A DNA stretch of 64,000 nt from Acidimicrobiia bacterium (lineage in GTDB: Bacteria > Actinomycetota > Acidimicrobiia > Acidimicrobiales > JANYDT01): NCBI GenBank assembly GCA_025359845.1, contig JANYDT010000076.1, positions 307 through 64,306 of the forward strand, in the 5' to 3' direction. Of this stretch, positions 18,937-28,535 are shown piece after piece. Positions within the stretch are counted from its first letter, which is position 1; every line of letters begins with the position of its first letter. The translations under genes and the position numbers were made by a program. Below the pieces are notes generated by a model. It worked only from the letters and a program-made list of their open reading frames with translations. It was not told where the DNA came from and did not search any database.

Positions 18937-20252
18937 CAGACGAACCTCACTCGGGCGCCGAGCGACTGCAGCTTGGGCACGAGACCCTCATAGCCCCGTT
19001 CGAGCAAGCGAAAGTTACGCACGATCGTGATGCCGTCGGCCAACAGTCCACCGATCACATGGCTGAAGCCGGCTCGTAAGTCAGGCACCCTCACATCGGC
19101 TCCATGCAGCGGCGTAGGCCCGCGGAAATGGGCGGTGTGTTCGAACCCCAGTCCACCGAATCGACACGCTCGACCCTTCGGACAACCTTTCTCGACATGA
19201 ATGTCGGCGCCCATTTCAACGAGCGCTTTCGTGTAGCCGAAACGATTCTCGTATACCGTTTCGTGCAGCGTGCTCAGGCCGTGCGCCTGGGTGAGGGCCA
19301 CGCCCACCGGGGCCTGCCAGTCGGTCATGAACCCCGGATGAACGGCGGTGTCGAGTTCGACCGGTCGCAGATCGTCGACGGCCCGACAGAAATGGATGCC
19401 TCGGGGGCTGGCGGTGAACGATCCGCCCATCAAGCGGTAGGCCCCAAGAAAGCTCACCATGTCTTCGACCCTGGCGTTTTGAATGAAAACTTCGCCGCAT
19501 GTCGCAATCGCGGCACAGGCCCAGCTCGCCACTTCGAGGCGATCCGGCATGGTCGAATGCTCGAAGCCTGTCAACTCATCTTGACCGTGCACCTCGATGG
19601 CGCGATCGTCGCGGAACAAGATGGCCGCGCCCATCTTTTGCAACACCGCGATGAGGTCGAGAATCTCGGGCTCGATTGCCGCTCCGTGCAGGACTGTCGT
19701 GCCTTTCGCCCTCGTCGCCGCCAGCAGCACTTGCTCAGTCGCCCCGACACTGGGGAAGGGCAGCCTCAGTTCGCACCCGACGAGTTCGTTGGCCTTGAGG
19801 TGCAGCCCGTCGGGCTGATCGCTGATTTCGGCGCCCAACTGCTGCAACACCATGAGGTGATAGTTGACCTGGCGCTGCCCGATCTCGTCACCGCCGAGAC
19901 GGGGAATGAGCGCTTCGCCGGTGCGGTGCAGAAGCGGTCCACACAACAAGATCGGGATTCGGCTTTTACCGCTGAACTCGCCGAGGCGATCCGCCCCCAG
20001 CGGCGTGACGTTGGCCGCCCGCACCGACAAGGTGCCGGCCCCGTCGTCGCCACTCGCTTCGACTTCGACTCCCATGGCGCGGAGCAGGTCGGAAACGATC
20101 CACGTATCGGAAATGGCCGGGGCGTTATGCAGCACCACGGCCTTGTCGGTAAGCAGAGAAGCCACCAACTGTTTGGAGATCGAGTTCTTCGCTCCCCGCA
20201 CGGCGACCGAGCCGGCGATGGGATGACCTCCTTCGATCTGGAGTGCGTCCAT
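18936..20252 (-). CDS. murA: UDP-N-acetylglucosamine 1-carboxyvinyltransferase
   Basis: MDALQIEGGHPIAGSVAVRGAKNSISKQLVASLLT...; the length (438 aa) and EPSP-synthase-fold repeats are typical of MurA. Its stop overlaps the LCP start by 1 nt. Confidence 0.9.
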   Translation of the reverse strand: MDALQIEGGHPIAGSVAVRGAKNSISKQLVASLLTDKAVVLHNAPAISDTWIVSDLLRAMGVEVEASGDDGAGTLSVRAANVTPLGADRLGEFSGKSRIPILLCGPLLHRTGEALIPRLGGDEIGQRQVNYHLMVLQQLGAEISDQPDGLHLKANELVGCELRLPFPSVGATEQVLLAATRAKGTTVLHGAAIEPEILDLIAVLQKMGAAILFRDDRAIEVHGQDELTGFEHSTMPDRLEVASWACAAIATCGEVFIQNARVEDMVSFLGAYRLMGGSFTASPRGIHFCRAVDDLRPVELDTAVHPGFMTDWQAPVGVALTQAHGLSTLHETVYENRFGYTKALVEMGADIHVEKGCPKGRACRFGGLGFEHTAHFRGPTPLHGADVRVPDLRAGFSHVIGGLLADGITIVRNFRLLERGYEGLVPKLQSLGARVRFV

Positions 20253-20322
20253 TTCGAAAGCCTAAACCGGCGGAGGCACTGGACGGGGCCGATCGTGGGC
20301 AAGGGCCGTTACGCTTCATGGT

Positions 20323-21267
20323 ATGCACGTTGTCGTCTTGGCCGGTGGAGTCGGCGCGGCCCGTTTTCTGACGGGCCTACTCGAGGTCGTGGCGCCCGAG
20401 GATGTGACCGCCATCGTGAACACCGGCGATGACACGATCTTTCATGGGCTGCGCGTATCGCCCGATCTCGATACCGTCACCTACACGCTCGCCGGCGCCA
20501 TCAATCCTGAAACCGGATGGGGGCTCGTCGGCGAAAGCTGGCATGTCATGGACGGGCTGCGCCGCTACGAGTCGGCGGGTGCCCTCACGTGGTTCAACCT
20601 TGGCGATCGTGACCTCGCCACCCATCTCTTCCGAACCGATCGGCTCCGCCGGGGGGCGAAGCTTTCGGAGGTCACCGATGCCATCCGACGGGCCTGGAAC
20701 GTGGGTGTACGGCTGCTGCCCATGACCGACGACCGGGTCGCGACGAGCGTGCGAACGGCCGATGGGGTGCTCGGGTTTCAGGAGTACTTCGTCCGGCGCC
20801 ACCACGACGTGGCCGTGACCGAGGTCATCCTCGACGGAATTGCCTCGTCCTGCCCGGCGCCTGGAGTCTTGGCCGCGATCGCGGCGGCTGACGCGATCGT
20901 CGTCGCGCCGTCCAATCCGCTCGTGTCGATCGGCCCGGTGTTGGCCGTTCCCGGCGTTCGCGCCGCCATCGAAGCCCGACGATCGATAGTCTGCGCGGTG
21001 TCGCCGATCATCGCCGGCGCCGCCCTCAAGGGTCCCGCCGATCGAATGCTCGTCGAGCTCGGCCATGAGGCCTCGGCGCTCGGTGTGGCTCGGCTGTATG
21101 CCTCGTTGTGTTCCACGCTGGTCATCGACGACGCCGACGCCGCGCTGGCTCCGTCCATTGAGGCCGCCGGCGTGCACGCAGTCGTGACCGACACCATCAT
21201 GGCCCATCCTGGCGTCGGCGCTTCCCTGGCCATAGCCTGCCTGGCCGCCTGCGGTGTGCGGTTGTAG
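20323..21267 (+). CDS. cofD: 2-phospho-L-lactate transferase (F420 biosynthesis)
   Basis: MHVVVLAGGVGAARFL...VNTGDD...GLRVSPDLDTVTYTLAG...GDRDLATHLFRT...VVAPSNPLVSIGPVLAVPGVRAAI aligns along its length with my recollection of mycobacterial FbiA/CofD. Confidence 0.9.
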   Translation: MHVVVLAGGVGAARFLTGLLEVVAPEDVTAIVNTGDDTIFHGLRVSPDLDTVTYTLAGAINPETGWGLVGESWHVMDGLRRYESAGALTWFNLGDRDLATHLFRTDRLRRGAKLSEVTDAIRRAWNVGVRLLPMTDDRVATSVRTADGVLGFQEYFVRRHHDVAVTEVILDGIASSCPAPGVLAAIAAADAIVVAPSNPLVSIGPVLAVPGVRAAIEARRSIVCAVSPIIAGAALKGPADRMLVELGHEASALGVARLYASLCSTLVIDDADAALAPSIEAAGVHAVVTDTIMAHPGVGASLAIACLAACGVRL

Positions 21268-21503
21268 GCGCGGCCCCCGGTCCCCCTGGGGCGTTGGCCA
21301 GGTGACCATTTTGAACATCAGGGTGCCCCCGCATCGACTACTGGTGCCCTGCGGCCCGTGATCACGTTGCGCTCCGGGCATGGCGGCCGCAATTGAGTGC
21401 ACATCGACAACCGTTGCCCTGCGACGCCGTGCCATCGCCTCAGACTACGGCCTCCATACAGACCGACACGCCCGGCCCTCTCGGCCCGCGTACGCTCGGA
21501 GCT

Positions 21504-22223
21504 GTGACCAAGATCGAGCTGCTACCCATCCCCGGCATCCCAGAGGTGCGCCCGGGCGACAACCTCGCCGATCAGATCATCGAGGCCGCCAAAGCCGAGA
21601 ACGGAGGGCCGGGACTCGTCGCCGGCGACGTCGTGGTGGTGACCCAAAAGGTCGTGTCGAAGGCCGAAGGGCGGCTGGTGCCGGTCGATCCTGACGATCA
21701 TCTTTCGCACAAGCAGCACGTGCTCGATGAGTCAGTGCGAGTGGTGCGTAAGCGGGGCGACCTGATCATCAGCGAGACGGCCCACGGCTTCGTGTGCGCC
21801 AACGCCGGGGTCGACCTGTCCAACGTCGAACGGGGCTTCGCCGCCCTGTTGCCCATCGATTCCGACCGGTCCGCTCGCAAGATCCGCGACGCCATCCTGG
21901 GCAAGACCGGAGTGCGTGTTGGTGTCATCGTCAGTGACACGTTCGGACGGCCGTGGCGCAAGGGACTGACCGACGTGGCCATCGGTTGCGCCGGGGTGGC
22001 CGGAGTGGTCGACCTGCGAGGCACCAACGACGCGCTCGGCCGCGAATTGCAGGTGACCGAGCTTTGCGCGGCCGATGAGATCGCGTCGGCCGCCGAGATG
22101 GTGATGGGCAAGGCCGACGGCATCGCCGCCGCCATCGTGCGCGGCGTCAACCCGTCATGGCTCCGGGAGGGCTCGGTGCGAGACGAGATCGTCCGCCCGC
22201 CGGCCGAGGACCTGTTCCGGTAG
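21504..22223 (+). CDS. cofE: Coenzyme F420-0:L-glutamate ligase (stand-alone CofE domain)
   Basis: From GTG 21504 the protein reads VTKIELLPIPGIPEVRPGDNLAD...GDVVVVTQKVVSKAEGRL...ANAGVDLSNV...VIVSDTFGRPWRKGLTDVAIG. The longer ORF start at 21393 adds a non-conserved leader. Confidence 0.8.
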   Translation: MTKIELLPIPGIPEVRPGDNLADQIIEAAKAENGGPGLVAGDVVVVTQKVVSKAEGRLVPVDPDDHLSHKQHVLDESVRVVRKRGDLIISETAHGFVCANAGVDLSNVERGFAALLPIDSDRSARKIRDAILGKTGVRVGVIVSDTFGRPWRKGLTDVAIGCAGVAGVVDLRGTNDALGRELQVTELCAADEIASAAEMVMGKADGIAAAIVRGVNPSWLREGSVRDEIVRPPAEDLFR

Positions 22224-22236
22224 CGGGTAGGATTTT

Positions 22237-24903
22237 TCAGCTAACGGCGAGTAGGGACAGCGCAGTGACGGTTCGCAGCGCGGCCGCCTTGCGTTGCTCC
22301 GAATCGCTAGAACCGCCCACCACGGCCCGATTGGCGAACCACTCGCTTTCGACCCAGTTCGCCCTTCGCCCTATAGCTTCCATGGCCAAGGCACCGAACG
22401 GTGAATTGCTCACCCCCGCACGCCCATAGTCACCTCGCAACAGGGCGTCGATTTCAGGGTCAGCGCGCCACGCCAGCACCGCTAACAGATCACTGCCGCG
22501 CTGGAGCGGATCACCACCCGACATTGCCAGTGCGTCGAGGGCCAACCGGCGAAGAACCGCCCGATCCGTCTTCGGACCCACCCGCAAGAGGTCGAAGAGT
22601 CGGAGGCACCATTCGTGGACCCGAATCGAGGCCGGCCGGGCGACTTCTTCGAGCGCAGATTCGAACTCGGCCTGACGGTCGAGCGCGGCCAGGGCCGCCA
22701 GCTTCTGCAATTGCGCTTCGCCTCGGTAGGGAGAGCCAGCACGCGCCACCGTTTGCACGAACGTTGCATCGATCAAGGCTTCCGCCCAACGGCGGTCGTG
22801 CAGCAGCACCAAGGAGCGACAGTGATGGACCGCCGGGAGATGTTCGTCGCCCGACGGCGTCGACGGCACAAGGGCGATGGCTCGATCGATCAGGGCGAGC
22901 GCCGCACCCTCGCCATCGAACAATGTGTTCATAGCCGCGAACACGTACGCGTTGGGGAGCGCGTCAAGGGGCTGATCGGCCGCTCGTTCGAAGGTCTCCG
23001 CCGTGAACGCCCGAGCCTGCTCTCGATCACCGACCGCCATTGCGAGAAAGGCGCAGCCGTTGAGGGCCCACAAATGATCGGACAATCCCAGCTGATCGCG
23101 GCCGGCCAACCACGCCAGTCCCTCGGTGGCCGCTCCGTGCTGAGCGATGGCGACCGCTCGGCCTATGGTCAGGCGGGTCGCAGCCATCGGCCGGTCGCTC
23201 GCAAGCGCCCAGTTCGCCGCCGCCCGAACATTGGCAAAGTCTCGGATCTGCACCCGGGCGTTGACGTCGCCCACCCGAAGCTCTTGGGGGGCTGCCTCGA
23301 TTTCCAGATAGTGCTCGAGATGACGATCGCGCACCGTTCTCGCATCGCCGCTGGCCTGCAACCGGTCGAGCGCAAAGGAGCGCAGCGATTCCGACAACCT
23401 ATATCGGGTAGATTCCGACGGTGATATACGACCCCATTCCGGTTTGCGAATCGTATCGACCAGTGACTTTGCGGCAAAAGAATCGATCAACTCAATAGCT
23501 TCATATTCATCGATCTCAGCCACGGCGACGACATTGCGTAGCGCAAAGCCTTCGGAAAACACGGCCAATCGCTGTAACGTCGACTGCTCTTGCGGTAGGA
23601 GAAGATCGTAGCTCCACGATATGACGTTCTCGAGCGTTTGCTGGCGACGGGTCACGTCTCGGCGACGACTCGTGAGCAAACGGAATCGATCATCGAGTCC
23701 GTCTCGAATATCGGCGAGCGACAGGGTGCGCACTCTCGACGCGGCCAGTTCGATGGCCAACGGAATGCCATCGATCCTTCGACAGATGTCGAGCAGGATC
23801 GGCTCCGTGGCGGGGCCGAAAACAAACGAGGAGTCACACTCCCGGGCCCTTTCCTCGAAGAGCGGCACGGCCGCCTCCAACAGCGGCAACGACGGCACCC
23901 GCCAAATCCGTTCACCGGCGATCGACAGCGCCTCACGACTCGTCGCCAATACCCGCAAGTGCTCGCATCGGTTGAGCAACTCGTGGAGCACGTGGGCAAT
24001 CGAGTCGAGCACCTGCTCGCAGTTGTCGACGACCAACAGCATCGACCGGCCGGCCAACACCGCGACGAGATGTTGAAGCATGCGGTCGGCCTGGTCGGAC
24101 GGCAGCCCGAATGCCGTCGATAGGGTGGGCGAGACGTCGGCGTCGGCGGGCACGGCCGAGAGATCGAGAAAGAAGACCGAACCGCCACCGTCGGTCAGCT
24201 CTCGCGACGCGATCTCGAGCGCCAAGCTCGTCTTGCCGACTCCCCCGGCACCCGTGAGCGTGACCAGTCGGTGCCGGGTCAGCAGCGTACGGACTTCGCG
24301 CGCATCTTCGTCGCGTCCGATCAGGAACGGGCGGTGCGACGGCAGCTGCGACCCGCCCTGACTCTCGGTGCGCAGCGGGGGATGAACGGCAGTGACACCG
24401 GCCACATCGACCTGCAGAAGGCGTACCGGAAGCTCGAACCCACGCAGTCGATGCTCGCCGAGATCTTCGACGAGTTGCCCGCGAAGGTGTTGGGATAGCG
24501 TTTCGGTGATCACGATCTGGCCCCCGTGAGCCGCCTCTTCGACCCGCGCCGCCAGATTGACGACCGATCCGAAGTAGTTCCCTTCGCGTTCGTGGGCGAC
24601 GCCGACGTGCAGGCCCATGCGCACTCGAACTTCGAGGCCCGTAGGCCATTCGGTCCGGGCGAGCGCCTGTTGGATGGCGATGGCCGCGCCCACGGCATCG
24701 GCGGGCTGTTGGAAGGCGGCCGCGAACGAGTCGCCGGCGGTGGCAAACACGTGACCTGACCGCTCGGCCAGAATGGCCCGCAGCACGGAGTCGTGGCGTT
24801 CAAGGGCCAGGCGCATGTCGTTAGGACGTTGCGCCCAGAGCTGGGTGGAGCCCTCTATGTCGGTGAATAGAAACGTGACCACCCCGGTCGGAAGTCGCGT
24901 CAT
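22237..24903 (-). CDS. Class III adenylate/guanylate cyclase fused to STAND (NB-ARC-like) ATPase and TPR-like C-terminus
   Basis: From ATG 24903 the protein reads MTRLPTGVVTFLFTDIEGSTQLW...ATAGDSFAAAF...RVRMGLHVG...YFGSVVNLAARV (cyclase). Then come LTGAGGVGKTSLALEIA (Walker A), LLVVDNCEQV (Walker B) and a long helical repeat region. I could not see a C-terminal LuxR HTH. Confidence 0.85.
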   Translation of the reverse strand: MTRLPTGVVTFLFTDIEGSTQLWAQRPNDMRLALERHDSVLRAILAERSGHVFATAGDSFAAAFQQPADAVGAAIAIQQALARTEWPTGLEVRVRMGLHVGVAHEREGNYFGSVVNLAARVEEAAHGGQIVITETLSQHLRGQLVEDLGEHRLRGFELPVRLLQVDVAGVTAVHPPLRTESQGGSQLPSHRPFLIGRDEDAREVRTLLTRHRLVTLTGAGGVGKTSLALEIASRELTDGGGSVFFLDLSAVPADADVSPTLSTAFGLPSDQADRMLQHLVAVLAGRSMLLVVDNCEQVLDSIAHVLHELLNRCEHLRVLATSREALSIAGERIWRVPSLPLLEAAVPLFEERARECDSSFVFGPATEPILLDICRRIDGIPLAIELAASRVRTLSLADIRDGLDDRFRLLTSRRRDVTRRQQTLENVISWSYDLLLPQEQSTLQRLAVFSEGFALRNVVAVAEIDEYEAIELIDSFAAKSLVDTIRKPEWGRISPSESTRYRLSESLRSFALDRLQASGDARTVRDRHLEHYLEIEAAPQELRVGDVNARVQIRDFANVRAAANWALASDRPMAATRLTIGRAVAIAQHGAATEGLAWLAGRDQLGLSDHLWALNGCAFLAMAVGDREQARAFTAETFERAADQPLDALPNAYVFAAMNTLFDGEGAALALIDRAIALVPSTPSGDEHLPAVHHCRSLVLLHDRRWAEALIDATFVQTVARAGSPYRGEAQLQKLAALAALDRQAEFESALEEVARPASIRVHEWCLRLFDLLRVGPKTDRAVLRRLALDALAMSGGDPLQRGSDLLAVLAWRADPEIDALLRGDYGRAGVSNSPFGALAMEAIGRRANWVESEWFANRAVVGGSSDSEQRKAAALRTVTALSLLAVS

Positions 24904-24963
24904 CCGCGCATAGTAGGGGCACGAGGACGCGCGTGGGATATCGTCCCGAGCAATGGACAGAAG

Positions 24964-26757
24964 ATGGAAACCATACGGGTGATCAGCTCCTTTGAGGCGG
25001 TAGTGGTGGGGTCGGGGTTTGGTGGTGCCGTGGTGGCATGTCGCAGCGCGCAGCGCTGGCCCGGTGCGGTGCTGGTATTGGAGCGCGGCAAGCGCTACCC
25101 GGCCGGCTCGTTCGCCCGAACCCCCGACGAGATGAGCAGCAACTTCTGGAACGCCGACGGCGATCGTAAGGGCAGGAAGAACTACCGTCACGGCGACCAG
25201 CGCGGCCTGTTCGATGTGAGGCATTTCCGTCGCATGGATGCCGTCCTGGCCGCCGGGCTGGGGGGCGGGTCGCTCATTTATGCCAACGTGATCCTCGAGC
25301 CACCAGAGGCTGTCTTCAATGATCGGCGCTGGCCCATGTCATGCACGGAAACGGCCATGCGGCCCTACTACGAGGTGGTGCGCAAGGTGCTTGGGGCCCG
25401 CCCGCTGCCCGACGCATCAAACGCGGAACGACGCGTGCCGAGGGCCGAGATCTTCGCCGATGCGGCCGTGAAGATGGGCCGCCAATCACGACCCCTGGAT
25501 CTCGCCGTGTACTTCGGAGACGACCCTTCGGCACCAATCGTGCCGGGGCGCACCGTTACCAATGCCCACGGCGCGGAACAGACATCGTGCACCTACTGCG
25601 GAGAGTGTGATCTTGGGTGCAACACTCACGCGAAGAACACCCTCGACCTCAACTATCTTTTTGTCGCCGAACACGACCATCGGGCCGCCATCGAGACGCA
25701 AAGTCTGGTCGAAAAGATCGTCCCCCTCGATGCTGATGGTCACGACGACCCGACCGCCGACGGAACCAACGGCTACCGGGTTCAGTACCGAAACCTCGAC
25801 CAGACAGTGTCGACGTCGGTCGTCGCCAAGCGCGTAATCGTCGCGGCTGGCGCGCTCGGATCGACGGAGCTGCTGCTGAGGTGCCGAGACATCCACAAGA
25901 CACTCCCCTCCCTCAGCCCCCGTCTCGGCACCGGGTTCTCGGGCAACGGAGACTTCTTGACGTTCGTCACCGGGGTCGAGAAGGAGACCCGGCCGAGTTA
26001 CGGGCCGGTCATCACCCAGGCCATCGATTTCAACCTGTTCGACAAACACGACCCCGACCGGGCGTTCATCTTGGAAGACGCCGGATACCCCAACGAATTG
26101 GCCTGGTTCGTCGAGGGGGCTAAGCCGGCGGTATTCAAGATCGGGGCCATCCTGCGGGCGGCTCGCCATGCTCTCAAACGGACCGCCCGAGGCCGGGCGG
26201 GGGGACGGATGGGTTACGCCTTGCGCGACGCCCTGGGCGGTGACGTGACCAGCAACTCGGCCGTCCTGCTGTGCATGGGCCTCGACTCGGCGACCGGCGA
26301 TCTCACCCTCGACCGTAACGGATGGGTCACCGTGCGGTGGCCGCAGCGGGCCAACCTGGCCCTCTACAAGGCCATCGCGCGAGCCGGCAAGGAATTCGGG
26401 ACAGCCGTCAGTGCCGCCCTCGTGGCGACGACCCCGACCTGGTGGCTTCCTATCCGTCGCAACGTTACCGTCCACGCCTTGGGCGGCTGCCCGCTGGGCG
26501 CGACCCGAGCCAGCGGGGTCGTGAGTTCCGACCCGAACCATTTCGGCGAGGCGTTCGGCTATCACAACCTTTTCGTGGCCGATGGGGCCATCGTACCGGT
26601 CTCACTGGGCTCGAATCCGTCACTCACGATTGCCGCGCTGGCCGAAATGGTGGCCGAGGGGATTACCGGTCAAATCCCGACTTGTGATTTACGTCATGGG
26701 TCGGCGAGTGATGTAGATCACAGTGCGATCCGCGTTCGCCCTATAGGAATGACGTGA
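24964..26757 (+). CDS. GMC-family FAD oxidoreductase (cholesterol-oxidase-like)
   Basis: The N-terminal FAD fold is FEAVVVGSGFGGAVVACRSA. The C-terminal part is HALGGCPLG...NLFVADGAIVPVSLGSNPSLTIAALAE, typical of GMC enzymes. Confidence 0.8.
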   Translation: METIRVISSFEAVVVGSGFGGAVVACRSAQRWPGAVLVLERGKRYPAGSFARTPDEMSSNFWNADGDRKGRKNYRHGDQRGLFDVRHFRRMDAVLAAGLGGGSLIYANVILEPPEAVFNDRRWPMSCTETAMRPYYEVVRKVLGARPLPDASNAERRVPRAEIFADAAVKMGRQSRPLDLAVYFGDDPSAPIVPGRTVTNAHGAEQTSCTYCGECDLGCNTHAKNTLDLNYLFVAEHDHRAAIETQSLVEKIVPLDADGHDDPTADGTNGYRVQYRNLDQTVSTSVVAKRVIVAAGALGSTELLLRCRDIHKTLPSLSPRLGTGFSGNGDFLTFVTGVEKETRPSYGPVITQAIDFNLFDKHDPDRAFILEDAGYPNELAWFVEGAKPAVFKIGAILRAARHALKRTARGRAGGRMGYALRDALGGDVTSNSAVLLCMGLDSATGDLTLDRNGWVTVRWPQRANLALYKAIARAGKEFGTAVSAALVATTPTWWLPIRRNVTVHALGGCPLGATRASGVVSSDPNHFGEAFGYHNLFVADGAIVPVSLGSNPSLTIAALAEMVAEGITGQIPTCDLRHGSASDVDHSAIRVRPIGMT

Positions 26758-28532
26758 TGACGACGCAGCTGCATTTCACCGAAGAGATGAAGGGGTTTTT
26801 CAGTATGGGCGCCGCCACCTTCCGCCAGGGCCGCGAGCGAGGCCACTCGGAGTCTTCCCGCCTCTTATTCCACCAGACGATCCAGATCGCCGACCTCGAT
26901 GCCGTCATGCGCGACACCGCCACGCCCGCCGTGCTCACCGGATACGTCGAGGCGCCCGCGCTCTCGTCCGATCCGCTCACCGTATCGAACGGGACCTTCC
27001 AGCTGATGGCGCCGAACCCCGACGACGTCGAGACGTTGAACATGCGCTACGGCATGGATCTCACGGCTACTGATGGTCGCCGCTTTCATTTCGATGGGTT
27101 CAAGACGCTGCGCCACGGGCTCCCGTGGAAGGCGTGGCCGGCGACCACCACCCTGTACGTGACGATCACCGAGCCTGCGCCCGACGCCGAGGGCGAGGCC
27201 TCCGAGCGTGCGAGCATTGTCGTTGGCCGCGGCGTGATGACCATCGGGATGTTCGCGTTCCTCAAGCTCCTCTCGACGGTACGGGTCGACGGCCTGAAGG
27301 GGCGTCGGCACAAGGTGCGGGCGATGATCGGCTTCAGCCGGGCGTTCATGGGCCGACTGGTGCCGCAGTATGGCGGCCCCTTCGCCGAGAAGGCCCGGTT
27401 CGCCAACCCGGCGCCGCCCGGGCGGCGGGCGCTCCGGCTTCCGGCTCCAGTGACCATGTGGTGCGACGCGAACGGCGCGTGGCATGACGGCGACCAACCC
27501 GGGCGCGACGCGTGGCTCATGCTGACCCGCTTTCAAGGGGGAACGAAAGGGCCGCTGCTCATGGCCGGCGGATACGCCATGGAGGGTCGAGCGTTCGCCA
27601 CACCGACCATCGACAACACCATGACCGAGTACGCGTTCGAACGGGGCTACGACGTGTGGTTGTTCGACTACCGCGCCAGCATTCGTTTACCGTCGGCGTC
27701 AACGTCGTTCACCATCGACGACATCGCGAGGCAGGATTGGCCGGAAGCCGTCGCCGAGGTCCGTCGGCGCACGAATGCTGAATCGGTACAGCTGCTCGGA
27801 CACTGCGTGGGGTCCGTCACAATCTTGATGGCCATGGCCGACGGGCTCGAATCGGTGCGGTCGGCCGTCTGCTCGCAGTTCTCCTTGCATGTCGTCACCA
27901 GCCGCCTCAATCGGGCCAAAAACGCCCTGCACATGGGCGCCCTCATGCACGCATTGCACCTCAAGGTGGTGCACCCCGATACCAGGCCGACCGCGCTCAA
28001 CAAGGTTTTCGACGCGGCGCTCGCAGTGCTGCCGCAACCGAAAGGCGAACGGTGCAACGAACCCGTCTGCCGGTGGATCAACGCCATCTTCGGTCTCACC
28101 CACAACCACGGGCAACTCAACGACGCCACCCACGAGAGCCTCCGCGAGGCGTTCGGGTTCGCCAACCTGACGGGACTCCGCCACCTCAGCCGCATGTTCG
28201 TGAAGGGTCAGGTGGTCGACGCGAAAGGCAACGACACCTACCTCGCCCACCCGGAGCGCCTCAACGTGCCGATCCTGTTCGTGCAGGGCGCCCGCAACCA
28301 CATTTTCCGACCTGCGGGGACGGCCCGCACCGTGGAATGGCTCGGCGCCCACAACCCGCCCGAGCAGTATGAGATGATCGTGGTCCCCGAGTACGCGCAT
28401 CTCGACATGATGATCGGGAAGAACGCTGACAAAGAGATTTTTCCGCAAATCTTCGACCACCTCGACAGGCTCAATCCGCTTGTTGGGTCGGTCGCGCCGG
28501 TCTCGCCGGTCGTTTCAGTCGCAGGGTTGTAG
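26754..28532 (+). CDS. Alpha/beta-fold hydrolase with N-terminal beta-rich domain; Cys in the nucleophile elbow
   Basis: The elbow is VQLLGHCVGSVTILMA, i.e. G-H-C-V-G with the Cys codon tgc at 27804-27806. The C-terminal part is ILFVQGARNHIF...VPEYAHLDMMIG (His). The start overlaps the GMC stop (GTGATG, 26754-26759). Confidence 0.7.
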   Translation: MMTTQLHFTEEMKGFFSMGAATFRQGRERGHSESSRLLFHQTIQIADLDAVMRDTATPAVLTGYVEAPALSSDPLTVSNGTFQLMAPNPDDVETLNMRYGMDLTATDGRRFHFDGFKTLRHGLPWKAWPATTTLYVTITEPAPDAEGEASERASIVVGRGVMTIGMFAFLKLLSTVRVDGLKGRRHKVRAMIGFSRAFMGRLVPQYGGPFAEKARFANPAPPGRRALRLPAPVTMWCDANGAWHDGDQPGRDAWLMLTRFQGGTKGPLLMAGGYAMEGRAFATPTIDNTMTEYAFERGYDVWLFDYRASIRLPSASTSFTIDDIARQDWPEAVAEVRRRTNAESVQLLGHCVGSVTILMAMADGLESVRSAVCSQFSLHVVTSRLNRAKNALHMGALMHALHLKVVHPDTRPTALNKVFDAALAVLPQPKGERCNEPVCRWINAIFGLTHNHGQLNDATHESLREAFGFANLTGLRHLSRMFVKGQVVDAKGNDTYLAHPERLNVPILFVQGARNHIFRPAGTARTVEWLGAHNPPEQYEMIVVPEYAHLDMMIGKNADKEIFPQIFDHLDRLNPLVGSVAPVSPVVSVAGL

Positions 28533-28535
28533 CCG

